From: Antedon mediterranea
Lineage: Eukaryota > Animalia > Echinodermata
Direction of reading: 5' to 3'
NCBI RefSeq assembly: GCF_964355755.1
Contig: NC_092677.1
Span: 2,068,101-2,132,100 of the forward strand
DNA length: 64,000 bases
Below are positions 13,470 to 37,342 of the stretch, piece after piece. The number at the start of each line of letters is the position of its first letter. The first letter of the stretch is position 1. The position numbers and the translations under genes were made by a program. A model generated the notes under the pieces. The model was not told the origin of the DNA. It did not search any database and saw only the letters and a program-made list of their open reading frames with translations.

Positions 13470-13990
13470 TCATGTTCCATATGTTCGCATAATAAACTGC
13501 TTTTTTTCAAAATAATTAATGCATTGACACTTTAAGACGGATGTTTATATGGCACGTGGCAGCAGGGCACAATCCATTATATAATGGGTAAATCGATATA
13601 AACAATAGCAATGTTCAAGAGCAGTTTTGAAATTGTTATAAATTAAATTTAGAAACAAATCTTACTAAAATTAATAAAATATTCAAATAAATGGTATCTT
13701 TATTCCTAGTAAGTTTAAGAAAGTGTAAACTTTAAAAGAAAATTTTGTACTATAATCCCTAGAAGCAAATGGTCCAGCTCGGGAATTACCCTTTTATTAC
13801 TACTAGGCCTACTACTTTCTAACTGTAGTACTAGAGTACTAATAACGTAAACAATAGTTTTATGTTTGTTTATCTTATATATCAATGATCAATTTTTTGT
13901 TATATACAATTAGATAGTATAGTACAAGCAATGTGCCAAGTTTAAGAAATAGTTCAAGAACCTCCTACGGTAGATGTCAGTAAAAAAGGT
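13470..13990. promoter_or_regulatory. Probable bidirectional promoter and 5'UTR exons of the SLC22 pair
   Basis: Lies between the divergent ATGs. Has an E-box GGCACGTGGC at ~13551, a candidate - strand donor at ~13467 and a + strand donor AAAG|GTAAC at ~13988. TSSs are not observable. Confidence 0.4.
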
Positions 13991-14350
13991 AACATGTAGG
14001 CCTAGCCCTACTACTAGTACTAGCTTATTTAGCTACGCCGAGTACCAGTGTAGTAGTAGACACGCGACGTGGTGGTGGTGGATGGGGGCGGGGTGACTGC
14101 TATAATTATTAATCATAAATAGCAGCTGGGCTAGCCATAGTATTAGCCAATTTGTACATAGCACTTATTTTGCTTTCTAACAACTATTTTTGTTTACTTT
14201 TCTCTGTACGTCACATCAGTATAATTCATTTTATATGATGCAACTCTAAGAATCTTTTAAATGATCATTATTTTATTCTACTGTACCACAAATTCTATTG
14301 TGGTTTGTTTGATGTAGGCACTGCCCGAGGCACTGGTGAACGGTTCAGTT

Positions 14351-17300
14351 ATGGACTTCGATTCTGCTCTAAAAGTTGTTGGTGAATATGGATCAGAGCA
14401 AAAGAAATACCTCTATGCATTCTCATTGCTCAATTTCTTCATACCGATGCAAATTATCGGCCTTGTGTTCATCGGAAGAGAGCCTCCAGTTACTTGTCAG
14501 AATCCTCACAGTGAATCTGCATGTTCTTCTACTGATGTTTGTAACAAGTATATATATGGAAACGAGTTCACATCCATTGTGTCGGAGGTAAGAACACCGT
14601 ACTGAAACAGTCTACAATTGTGGTTAACTGCCACTAAGTGTCTGCATGTAATTTTAATATCTTGTATTGGAGGAGGCAATTTTTTTTTTATTATTGTTCC
14701 GAGTCAGATCTGTTATTTCAATGTTCATCTTTAAAATTGTGATAGGTGATGGTTTGCTAATTTTTTTTTCAGTTTTTTTTGGATGGTTTTTTTTTTAAAT
14801 ATTTGAAAATGTGTGTTTATTTTTGTAGTGGGATCTTGTTTGTGATAAATCATATAAAGTTTCTCAACTTCAATCATACTTAATGGTTGGAGTGCTTCTG
14901 GGCAATTTTGTGTTTGGTGGCATGTCGGACTACATCGGACGCCGAAGCTCCTTCATCTTTGCTCTGATTGGCTTAGCAGTGGTTGCAAACTTGTCAGCTT
15001 TTACACATTCCTTGTTTTTCTTTTGTTTTTTAAGGTAATTGTTTTGAATCATAATTAAAATAATTCAAAATTATTATTTTATTCAGTATCAATATTTGTA
15101 CACAGCCAAATTATAATGCATGTTGAAAACTTTCATAGTCAACATAAAGATTCGTCGAGTACCTTTTATTTGGAATGGTAAATTGTAAACGGATTGTGAT
15201 CAACAAAAAATCATCTGAATAGAAGATGTTAACAATGCAAGCTTTTTCTCTGTTAAGTTCTCAAAAGAAAAACTATACTCTACAGTAAAAGACCCAATTG
15301 AATACGACAATTATCACATTATAAATTATCAATATGTAGAAGTTCATGATTAGATAAATACTAAAATGCTAAATACTAAAATACTAAAATACTAAAATGC
15401 TAAAATGCTAAAATGCTGAAATGCTAAAATGCTAAAATGCTTAAATACTTAAATGCTTAAATACTTTAATACTTAAATACTTAAATGCTTAAATACTTAA
15501 ATGCTTAAATGCTTAAATGCTTAAATGCTGAAATGCTGAAATGCTGAAATGCTGAAATGCTGAAATGCTGAAATGCTGAAATGCTGAAATGCTGAAATGC
15601 TGAAATGCTGAAATGCTGAAATGCTGAAATGCTGAAATACTGAAATACTGAAATACTGAAATACTGAAATACTGAAATACTGAAATACTGAAATACTGAA
15701 ATACTGAAATACTGAAATACTTAAATACTTAAATACTTAAATACTTAAATACTTAAATACTTAAATACTTAAATACTTAAATGTTCTCATTTTGATTTTC
15801 TTCAGAATTTGCATAGGTTTTTTTGTAGGCGGAGTAGGTATGGTAGCTTACGTGACAATCAACGAGTGTGTAGGTTCGTCTCAAAAGGTATTTGCTGGCA
15901 GTATGTTCCAAGGGGTCTTTTCAATTGGCATTATGGTAAGACAACTATACAATCAATTTTTTATTTATTTTTAAAATATATTAGATTAAACATATTTTCA
16001 TATGTAAAATTGTGTTAAAGACTAATTACTATTTATTTTTTCCAGGGTTTTGCATTAATGGCAAATTTTTTACGTGATTGGAGATACCTGGTTGTTGCAT
16101 CATCATTTCCATTTTGTTTCTTCATTTTCATTTATTGGTAAATATCTTTACTAAATGATATTATATAAACAAATATAGATTTCTTGAAGATTACTTGCTT
16201 TCTATACTACTGCAGTGGAATCCACTTTAAGGGAACGCCATGAAGGGGACACTTTTGTTAAATGGGGACAAAATGGTCCTTTAAGGTGTCTCCTTAATAG
16301 AGGTTTTACTGTTTTAGATAAAGCATTACTTACAGCAGTTCTCCCTTCATATTATCCTTCATTACCACGGTCCTTAGTGGTCCCTTACTAGCGTATCATT
16401 ACTTTTACAGGATTGTTCCAGAATCTTCCAGATGGCTTGCCTCACAGGGCAGGATATCAGAAGCAGAAGACATCCTTCTTTATATAGCTCACAAAAATGG
16501 AAATGAAGTAAAGAAATCGGCGATAGAATTAGTAGTGCCAAGTAAAACAATATCGTCAACTAAATCATATGGCTATACGGACTTACTTAAGACTCCTGTG
16601 TTGAGGAAAGAAATGTTAATACAGGCATTTTCATGGTACAGTATATCAAACACTTACCTATTTCAGAAATGGTACAATCCACTTCTTCTTCGTCTAATAG
16701 TCCATACTGCCTGGTTGTGTGGACAACAGTTCAGTTTTCAATATTTGATTTTTACAATAAGCTGGTAAACTCATGTGTTTTGTACTTTTAATACGATATT
16801 GTTTATTGTCATTTTAACAACGAGGTACAAATGAAATTTGGTTGGTTTACATTTTGATTTACCTACAATATACAATTTAATGATATGAATACTGTATCTG
16901 ATTAGGTTTACTTGTAGTCTAGTTTACTATGGTCTTACTTTGAGTGCAGGTGACATAGCAAGTAATGCATACATAAGTGTCGCTCTATCCGGATTGGTGG
17001 AAATTCCTGGTATATTTTTCTGCGTCTGGTGCATGGATAGGTAAGATGCTTGCATAATGTCTGATAGCCAATATCAACAGATTTAGCTTTCAAACTCCTC
17101 ACTGTTTATATGCAAGCAATATGAGTAGTTGTGTTTTGTGTTTTTGAGTGACCATTCGATTGAGCCTAATAAGTAGGAAGTCTATCTAGTACAAAATATA
17201 AGTATTGATGTTGACTCTGAATAAAAAACATTGACTATGACATGTATTGTGTTATACCAATTTAACTCTTCCCTGGTTATACTACCATTTTCTGTGTGTG

Positions 17301-18520
17301 TGCTATTTGCAGTGAAAGTAATAAGAGTCTTGTCTTGTCTTGTTCACCTGTGTCAGGTTTTAATCAAATAAATGCGGGCAGTATATAGGCTTAACTATCG
17401 TGATCAACAATGTTTACAGAATCACCATCAAATATGGTGTGCTAAACATATCTGAACATTGTCTATTATTGATTAATCTTATAGAAAGGTGCACTATATA
17501 AGTGTTACAATATTTATTTGTTGATCTAATTTACATATTTGTTGATCTAATTTACATATTTGCCTTTTTCTAGTCTTGGCCGTAGAAAATGCATGTGTCT
17601 GTCAATGATTACAGGTGGTTTCTCCTGCTTTCTTGTTATCGCTTTCTCACAATCTGGTAAGAAAACTCTGTGACAACCAATCAAGTTTATAAAGTCTATT
17701 CGTGATTTCATGTTTCTTATTAATTTAAGCACACTCCTATTATTATTTTTTTTTTCAGGAGAATTTGGTAAGAGTGTGTCTGTAGTATTTGCTTTAATTG
17801 GTAAAATGGGGTTATCAGCTGCATTCAGTGTGGTTTATATCTACTCTTGTGAACTGATACCCACTGTAGTAAGGTACGTAAATAATGTTGTACAATCCTA
17901 TACTATCTGCTGTTAGGTGCAGTGGTGTTTGAGTGCCATGCGTAATGGGTGTGACATGCGTAATGGGTGTGACATGTGTGATGATGAATAATAGTACATT
18001 TCACTGATTTTCTTTTAACATTTTTCTTGCATAGAAATAGTGGAATTGGATTTTGTTCAATATGTGCAAGGATTGCTGGGATATTAGCACCAATGGCAAC
18101 TTCACTGGTATGAATATTCATAAACTCATTTAAATATTCATACTTTCATTTGAATATTTATAAGCTCCTCCAATTTTGACAAATTTAAGCATAATTTTAA
18201 ATATTTTTCCATACTAAAAAAAAATAGTTTATTCATAGTTATATAATATTGTGGCTGCAATATAATTGTTTTTTTATTTTTTGACACAGGGGTTTTTCAA
18301 CATGTATGCATTATTTGGTTTCACGTCGGTAATCAGCGGTGTTTTAAACCTGAAACTGCCTGAAACATTTGGCATGACGTCACCAGAGAGTATTGATGAT
18401 GTGGAGAATAGAACAACAAACAAACAACCAACTAGTACGACAATGGTGGATAGTGAAACAGTACACGACATGGAAGAGAGGATCAGTATGCTACAAAATA
18501 CAGACACAAGTGTTACATAA
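14351..18520 (+). CDS. SLC22A15: SLC22 organic cation/zwitterion transporter, SLC22A15-like, copy B (10 coding exons)
   Basis: Exons 14351-14587, 14829-15034, 15806-15935, 16046-16137, 16411-16635, 16906-17040, 17574-17656, 17759-17873, 18035-18107 and 18290-18520. Motifs: MDFDSALKVVGEYG, FTSIVSEWDLVC, SDYIGRR, PESSRWL, YIYSCELIPTVVR, LPETFG. Intron phases match copy A. Confidence 0.88.
15358..15781. repeat. Compound 8-bp microsatellite
   Basis: Consecutive blocks of AAAATRCT, AAATRCTT, AAATGCTG, AAATACTG and AAATACTT, ending ~25 nt before the exon-3 acceptor. Confidence 0.92.
16213..16310. mobile_element. Small Tc1/mariner-type MITE
   Basis: Imperfect TIRs CAGTGGAATCCACTTTAAGG ... CCTTAATAGAGGTTTTACTG. 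Confidence 0.5.
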
Positions 18521-18923
18521 AATACAACTTAATTTACACTCAATTTATGAAAAACGAAAATCAGGCATCCGAGTAATATGCAATAATGTTAAGCAAATAC
18601 ATAATCAATTAATTATTGAAATAAACATGAAATTTGGAGAGTTAATACCTTAAATAACCCAGGGTTTAATATTATAATTAAATGAGTAAATAATGGTGAA
18701 AAATATAAATATTTTTACAAAAAGTACTTAATGTGTGTTTTTTTATTTGATTTCAATCTTATAGAAACTGTAAACGAGAATAAATGTGAGTACATATTAT
18801 TTATATAAATGTTGAACAGAAGCTCAGTGATGATATACTGCAATTATATGTTACATTGCTGATCGATTATTACAATAATGTCAATCATCAAAATATTCAG
18901 AAAAAAATCAAGCAACAATCACT

Positions 18924-21900
18924 TTATTTCTGATGAAATTTTAAGAGAGTAAGCAGCTTTGTCTGCGCTTCCACGAGGGAGTTGAGTGCAGTATATGCTG
19001 ACAAAAAAAAACAAGCAAAACAAAGTTACCATACAGTAGAAACTGAATAGTTTATCAATATAAATACATTCACAATACATACATTTCTATAATGCGCGTG
19101 AGACTCGTCCATTTTATTGTTAGGGGTGTCTTACCTTTCTGGCGAATTTCGTTGTTTGGCAATTCGACGTGATTTTGACAGGATGTACGTGTCCAGTCGA
19201 GTTTCTTTGATGGCGTTTGCTCCTCCTTAACTTCTAAAAAACAAAGTTTTCAAGATAAAAACAAAAATTAGATTGGTAAATTATAAATCTTTGACATACT
19301 GTATGCTCGACGTAGTTGTCTCTAATTCCAAGCTGACATTACCGTGACACAACAGGTCATGATGAAGCACAACATTTCGTGACCTCACCATTTCTGTCCA
19401 ACTATTTCTTGACCTCACTGGCACAGTGTGGAGGAACGAAACGCACAACCTATCTGGGTTCTTTGAACTCTGTCGTATTAGAAAAACGCCCCTCTGTTGT
19501 GACGTAAGTAAACTTTCAACGTCCTTTTGAGCGATGTTTCCATAATAACAACTAAAAAAGTAGGCCTATATGAGTTGGAGTAGTATAGCTATAGGAATGT
19601 CTTTGATTATAATTATATAAGCCTACATCTCTTTAGTATAAAATTGATATATTGATTGTAAAAGAACACCAAGTTCGTTGTACAAGTGTTTAAAGTATAT
19701 TATCGTTTACCTTTCAATTGCTTCTGCCTGCCAAAACAAAATAAAATCAACCATTTGATTGAAAATTTTTATTGTGATTACGATACGATGCCTTTTATTT
19801 TACTTACTTGAAACTTCATTCAAACCATTTTAAAAACATATTAATTATTGCCAAACACATCTTTCAAAAGATAATATGTCAGGATTTTTATCAGGGAAGA
19901 GTATAAAATGTTACTGCTTCCCTCGTTTTACCTGTTGAATAATATTTTGTAACTCTGCCTTAATGTGTTCGGGTAAGTCTGACCGGTCGCTTTTTAACTG
20001 TACAGGAGGGAATACCTCTCGGTTCAGGTCCAGTCCAAATTTACTGTGAACGCTGTCATCCTTGGCGTCTGACTTGACGTCAACAGCAGCCGGATTACGT
20101 AAAGGGTCTCGTAGGCAACCTGTACGACGTTGTCGGCTCAAGAAGTTCACGACTGACGTTCCTGAGTCACGTAAGAGTTTATCAGTTGCAGATGTTACGA
20201 ATTTTGCGCTCATCCAGTGAAAAAATCGCTTGAAATCTTGTTTATCGATGATATTAGCTGAAACATAGAATATTGTTATTATTGTCTTTTAGAATGGAAA
20301 TTCAATTTAAATGTTTTATTAGTCGTCACAAACAATCAATTTTCACTTACTGGAGAAAAAGGACTTTAGTGCATCTTCGGTTCTCTGCTTGGGATGACCA
20401 GTAGATTTTGTAAAGTGTTGTATAAGAGAAATCCGTCTTGCCTGAAAATATTGTAAATAATATTAATAGACCTAGGGTAGTTATTCATTTATTTTTATAT
20501 AACAGTAACATCTTGTTACCTCATTTTGAAGGATACAGTCAATTTCATTAATAATTTGTAGCTAAAATAGCAAAATAATTCTATCCCAAAATAGCGATCG
20601 AATACCGTTTATTTGGAGTAAACGTCGTCTTTGTAGTAGACAGTCGTCATTTACGATGTCTCATATACGTATAGTCAAAGAACTTATAAGTTCTTTGGTA
20701 TAGTTGATATAAATGGGTTTAGCTAACGTACCTGTAGTGTATCTTTGAACCAATAAGTCCATACGTACTCTGAGATGTCATTACCATCAACGTTTGAGTC
20801 TATGGCTACCTCCTCTTTAAGAATCTGAAATTCCGTAAACAAATAATCAATCAGGCATATTTATGAACCGCCACTGTTCTCTGTCCGGTGGACCAACAAG
20901 CAAACGACAGTACGTCGCCAGATCACAACCTTCCTATCGCAATATAATCGCAATATCATCGCAATATCTTATCAATATCCTATCGACATTTTATCAATAT
21001 CCGATCAACATGCTATCAATATCCTATCAACCATCCTATTGCAATGTAATCACAATATCATCGCAATATCTTATCAATATCCTATCGACATTTTATCAAT
21101 ATCCGATCAACATGCTATCAATATCCTATCAATATCCTATCAACATGCTATCAATATCCTATCAACATTCTAAAAATATGCTCAACATTCTGTCCATATC
21201 CTATTAACATTTTATCAATATCCTGTCAACATGCTATCAATATCCTGTCAACATTCTATCAATATCCTGTCAACATGCTATCAATATCTGTCAACATGCT
21301 ATCAATATTCTGTCAACATTCTATCAATATCCTGTCAACATTCTATCAATATCCTATCAACATTAAATATCCTATCAACATTCTATCAATATGCTATCAA
21401 CATTATATCAATATCCTATCAACCTTCTATCAATATCCTATCAACATTCTATCAATATCCTATCAACCTTCTATCAATATCCTATCAACATTCTATCAAT
21501 ATCCTATCAACATTCTATCAATATCCTATCAACCTTCTATCAATATCCTATCAACATTCTATCAATATCCTATCAACCTTCTATCAATATCCTATCAACA
21601 TTTTATCAATATCCTATCAACATTCTATCAATATCCTATCAACATTCTATCAACATTCTATCAATATCCTATCAACCTTATATGAATTACATAGTCAATA
21701 TACTAACTTTGTGAACATTCTTTGCTTCATGTATTTTCGTCTTTAAATCATCATGCCACGTGTACAATGTGTTGGTTGCATAACTAGTTCCCATAGCGTA
21801 TAGTAACCTTCCCAATTCCGTCATGACGTCACAATATCGCGTCAAAATACCAACATAATCTAAAAGAAAATCATGACGTAATACAGTAGATCAAAATAAT

Positions 21901-23004
21901 TGAATCCACTATAGTACACGTTCAATACTACACCCTTCCCAATATTTTACCTTTAATACTTGTTACTGTAAACTCGGTTTTAAATATGAGACCGAGTTGC
22001 TGGCCAACAACTTCTACGTCACCAGCCGAAACCGGAAGTCTAACCTTGACGACGTTATGCAAATTACACAGGTGTTCACCTATTTCTCTACATACTTCAA
22101 ACACCTGTTGATGTTCCGAGTCTGACGTCATTATTGCTCTATACAGTTATAAAGATAAAATGCACGTTTACTTTATGAATTGATGTTCTTAATGAGTAAA
22201 AAATTCACAATTACACCATAATTAGGCCAACATATGAACAAACAAAAAAGATACATAACCAATAACAAACATTCATACATACACAATGGAGGTACATCTC
22301 CATGCAAACACCATTATATTGCACCTCCATGCATACACCATTATATTGCACCTCCATGCATACACCATTATATTGCACCTCCATGCATACACCATTATAT
22401 TGCACCTCTATGCACACACCATTATATTGCACCTCCATGCACACACCATTATATTGCACCTCCATGCATACACCATTATATTGCACCTCCATGCATACAC
22501 CATTATATTGCACCTCCATGCATACACCATTATATTGCACCTTATCAACAAATTAAATTTTGTGTTTGTTTTAACTTAATGATTTTAATTTGATGCCTCA
22601 CGAATATGCTGTTGAAGTATATATTATTCCACATCGGGGGCCAGCATATCGACCCGAAATATTAGAACAAACTGTACTTAAATTAACATATGAACAGTAA
22701 GTTAAAAATACATGAAAATAATACATGAAATACATAACAACCATCGCAAGTTAGGTTTGTCCTCAATCGCTACCGCCGAAAATAATTAGTTCATAGTCCT
22801 AATGAGTAAACTCCATAGTTCTATACTAAATTAAACCTTCAATCCACCACTACGGCCATGTAAAAAACCAACGTACCTAATACGACAGACCTAGATACTT
22901 ACTTTTACTTTTAGTCGTATATTGCTGGTATTGCTTTTAAAACCCCATTTAAAATCTCGTCTGCCTTCGTCTGTGTGAATGGCAACATCAACGTTGTTTG
23001 CCAT
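18924..23004 (-). CDS. Uncharacterised ~496-aa protein with a divergent C-terminal SH2 domain
   Basis: Frame-consistent 13-exon model: 22903-23004, 22742-22769, 22602-22671, 21951-22138, 21708-21859, 20732-20824, 20520-20561, 20351-20441, 19932-20257, 19711-19727, 19343-19551, 19135-19233, 18924-18997. Exon 19343-19551 reads CYYGNIAQKDVESLLTSQQRGVFLIRQSSKNPDRLCVSF, the SH2 start with the FLIR(Q)S arginine. The last exon, AYTALNSLVEAQ, resembles SH2 helix B. Confidence 0.72.
20935..21680. repeat. 11/22-bp degenerate minisatellite
   Basis: (tatcaatatcctatcaacattc)n, intronic; it produces several spurious ORFs. Confidence 0.92.
22293..22542. repeat. 27-bp minisatellite, ~9 copies
   Basis: Unit caccattatattgcacctccatgcata. 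Confidence 0.93.
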
Positions 23005-23324
23005 TGTTCTGTTGTGTTAGTACAACAACACCGTGTTTACAGTGCATTCCAAACCATTATCCACATATCCCATGGAAACGTATTCATTATACAGAAAACG
23101 ACACAATTTAATGTATTATAATATTGGTTAATTAGCTCATAATTCCAAATTATATACTTGTCAACGATATATAAAAACTGATAGTAATTATCGAATAATG
23201 ATTCAAGTGCTGCGCAGTTCACATGTCGTTTTAAACAGACGCGCCGCGTCTCTGTTTTTTTTTATAACACTCTGCCTCATGAATTGGGATTTTTTGATCG
23301 ATGATCTGGCAACGAATAGTAATC

Positions 23325-24241
23325 ATGGCTGACAAAAAGACCGTGGCCGCGGCGAATTCTTCATCTAAAAAATCAAATGAACAGATTGTTCAAGAATTCA
23401 ATCAGCTTCGTCAGGAGCAGAGAGCGTTAGCTAGTAAAATGAACGAACTAGAGACAGAAGCAAATGAACATAGGTATTTATCGAATCTGTTTAAATATGA
23501 ATTTTTGTTAGGCCTTATACTAGAGCTTGCTCGACTAGGCCTAGTAGATGTCCACCCCGCCAGGCGAGTGGAGATGTGGGTACCTGCTACTTAGGCCTAG
23601 GCTAGCTTGTTCACTGTTGCGATTAATTACCCACACATGGTGCAGTGAGACAGATGTTATTTAAAGTAAAATAATATGCACTCACTTGAGATTAATTATT
23701 CTTTTTACTCCTCTGCATTAATATTTTAGTTTAAATGTGTTTCTTAATTTTTTTCAGTTTAGTAATTAAAACTCTTGGAGTTGTCGATGGAGAAAGAAAA
23801 TGTTTCCGGTTAGTTGGAGGAGTACTAGTTGAAAGGACGGTCAAAGATGTACTGCCTGCACTCAAACACAATAAAGATGGGGTGAGTATAGGCCCTAGCT
23901 GGGCTAGATAGTTTTCCTTTGTGTGCAGAAAATAAACAAAACATAAGAATTTGTATATGTGCTAATGTACCATTATGTTTCTCATTAAAGTAATACTACT
24001 TAATAGTATAAATATGTGCGCTGTATAATTAATTTTCCTTAAACTTTTTTTTTTTCAATTTCAGTTAACAAAACTGCTTGAAACCTTAAAACAACAGTTA
24101 GAATTGAAAGGGAAAGACTTACAAGCATATCGGGAAAAACACAACATACGGATTCGTGGCGAAGAGACGGACGACAAGGAAAAGGAACCAGCAGCTAAAA
24201 CCGGCGGATCTCAGAGCATTCTAGTTGCAAAGGGATCGTGA
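23325..24241 (+). CDS. PFDN2: Prefoldin subunit 2
   Basis: Exons 23325-23473, 23758-23881 and 24065-24241 encode ...EQIVQEFNQLRQEQRALASKMNELETEANEHSLVIKTLGVVDGERKCFRLVGGVLVERTVKDVLPAL...YREKHNIRIRGE, the PFDN2 signature. Confidence 0.95.
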
Positions 24242-27118
24242 TATCCAAAATCATACACATTGATACAACCTATTAATGTATAGGTTCTGTGTTTACTACT
24301 TTATCTTATGAACTAGCTATCTTGCAGACAGATAATATTCTCAATGTTAGAGTTATAAAATACTGTCTTGCATAATTTCCCGCATTAAATGGCTTGCTAT
24401 TCCACTTTCTCATCAACTGTAATACTATGGCAGTATAGATTGATGATTTGTCAAATTAAAATATTAATTTTTCATCAGTACAGTTTTGTTTTTAATGCAC
24501 GATTAAATAAGAATTCCAAAAAGTCTAATCCATTGGTCTACATGAAACTAAGCCAGTAGAAATTTCGGTGGGTAAAAATGTAAATGAGAAAAAAGTTTTG
24601 TACTGAAATTGACATGTCTACCATAAGTGTATGCCAGGTACAAATAATTTCCCTCTAATTAAAATTGTTAATTTTATATAACTTATTTTGTTCATTGTAC
24701 TGTAGGCTATCATCAATGCATTATTGAAGTGATTTTTATAAAGTGTATTTAGGATTTTTTTTAAACTTTTGTTATTTTGATTATAAACGTGAAACCTGCC
24801 ACAAGAACTTGCATGGTATTCAAGTAGCAGGCTTAATTTATGGATAAAGATACCAAATGTCATAGCAACCTATTGTTTATGTTGTTTTTTGTGTTATTAT
24901 TTCTCAATCTCTGAGGCATGCTGTAATTGGTGATTGTTCGCTGTTGGGATGTGGTTGAAATAAAACAAAAATAACAAAAGTAGCTGTTATTTGAGCATTA
25001 AAAAAAGCTCAACTATACATTGGCTGTGAATCCAAATTGATGAAAGATTCTTGTTTACTTGCTTGTATACACACGCAAGCTAACAGCTTATACGTCCATC
25101 AATATTTTAGGTCATCTTGCTGAACAATAATGAACGATTACTGTGACCTTTTACAAGAGCAGATTTTGATGGCTAAAGCCAAGCCGCCAGCTATGTGACA
25201 TACATACCAAACAAATGTATAGAGTAGTTTCAGTCTTGTACATAACATTTAATTTGTTTTACTGGATCATGTCCACATACAGAATATGCAAACACTCACA
25301 ATTCAAAAACGGTAAAAAAAAAACTTGGGAAGAAAACTATCAGATGTACAATTATACGCTGTGAGAAAACAACTATTTTAAATATAGTTGCATCTCATTA
25401 TACCTGTCTCAACAATAATAATAATATATAACATTTGTATTTATCACATTGTAACCATTAAAATCCCAGTTTAAATTCATTAACAGAATTATCAAATATA
25501 TTACTCTAGTAAGAATATGAATTTATGATACAAACTGCTATTGTTTAACCTTTACAGATTATTTTTTTTAAACCCTAAAATGACATGATTGTAATTTGGG
25601 AGGGAGGAAAGAAGAGGTTAAGAAAAGATTTTATAGATGAATGACCTTATTAATATTACATATACTGTACTGATATTATCTTCAGGCTTCAACGAATAAC
25701 TAGTATTGCGGTGACCTGTACTCAACCCTAAATCTCAATAGGTACAAAAGTACGATTGCACCACAATATAATGATACATGCCTCCTCACAGTTGGTTGGC
25801 TCATTTCAGATTGTAATTTGTACTAACACTCAAGAACGTAGGTGTAAATCTATAATAGGTGAAGAAACAATATCAAAACAGCGGCTAGAGCTAAACAGTA
25901 ATACTAAATAATGTATTTACACATTTTAGTTTTTATTGAATTCTATTCATGTTTTCATATTACATCATCTTATACACAAGCATGTTACATCCACTAATGT
26001 GCCCCTGCCCTATTGGCAATAAATCACCCATCACAGACTGACAGAATGTTGAGAATTAGTTATTTGAATGATTCAGCATATACGGTAGAACATATCCTTC
26101 AGGTAAACCCTAGAAAATCTCGCTCAACGAGGGAAAAATGTTTTAACACCAAGACCAACTCCGATTCAGTTGCTAAATTCACATTTTGAGGAGGGTAAGA
26201 CATACATTTTGTGTCCTTGTATGCCTGTCCATATTTAGAAGAGTTATAACCCTTTATTATTCCTATATAAACCCACTTTTTACTATATGGAAGATTTAAA
26301 TCAAACTCAAAAACTGTAATATGATAAAGTGTATCCTCTAAATAACACATTTTATGGAACTGAATTTAAAAGTGCAAATGTACAGATATATAAAGAATTG
26401 CTTAAAGGTTACGCACAAAAAAAATCAAGTGAGCTTTCGTTTTGGGACAGCAATTTAACGGTTGTAACATGGACGCAATAATCATTCCACTCGCGACAAT
26501 CGTTAAATCACCATTGTCTTCCGTTCCGAAACGAGAGCTCGCTATTGGCCAATTAGATTACCTCACACCAAGACAAACCGACAGCAACACACAATGTGTA
26601 CATAAGGAATTACCGACAAACATTCAAAAAATCTTTGTACAGCTGTGGAAACTTTTCTGTTTGTAATGGTTAACGCATCAACACCCTAGGTACGCGACAA
26701 GCTTGTTTAATAATAATAGTGTCTATACAGATATTTCTATAAAAAAAAAAACGATTTACATTTCATAGTTTAAAGACGGTTAAATTAATTTCTTTCAATA
26801 CAAAAGAAATTTATTTTGAGCTCATCGATACATACTATACAACCATGTCAAATATTTTATAGTGAGAACCCAAATTGACCAATCATATTAGAGGTTGTAA
26901 ACGCTCTAGTCTATTGTAGTAGAGGTCATGACCCTCCAATCTCTGTATCTTAAAACTATGTTCATTGGTTGTCTTAAGAATAATCAGTTTTTACTGAAGC
27001 TGAAATCCATCTAGGTTGATTAGCTAGTATTATATATAATAATTTATATATAATTATTTTTGTATGGATAATAACACATGATCACAAAGAACACAGATCT
27101 TATGTTACTTCTGTAAGT

Positions 27119-37342
<10,224 letters not shown>

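Noticed and set aside
20863-22593. Several repetitive ORFs (YQYPINILS, MEVQYNGVC, HHYIAPPC)
   Set aside because: They are translations of intronic 11/22-bp and 27-bp minisatellites that are open in multiple frames.
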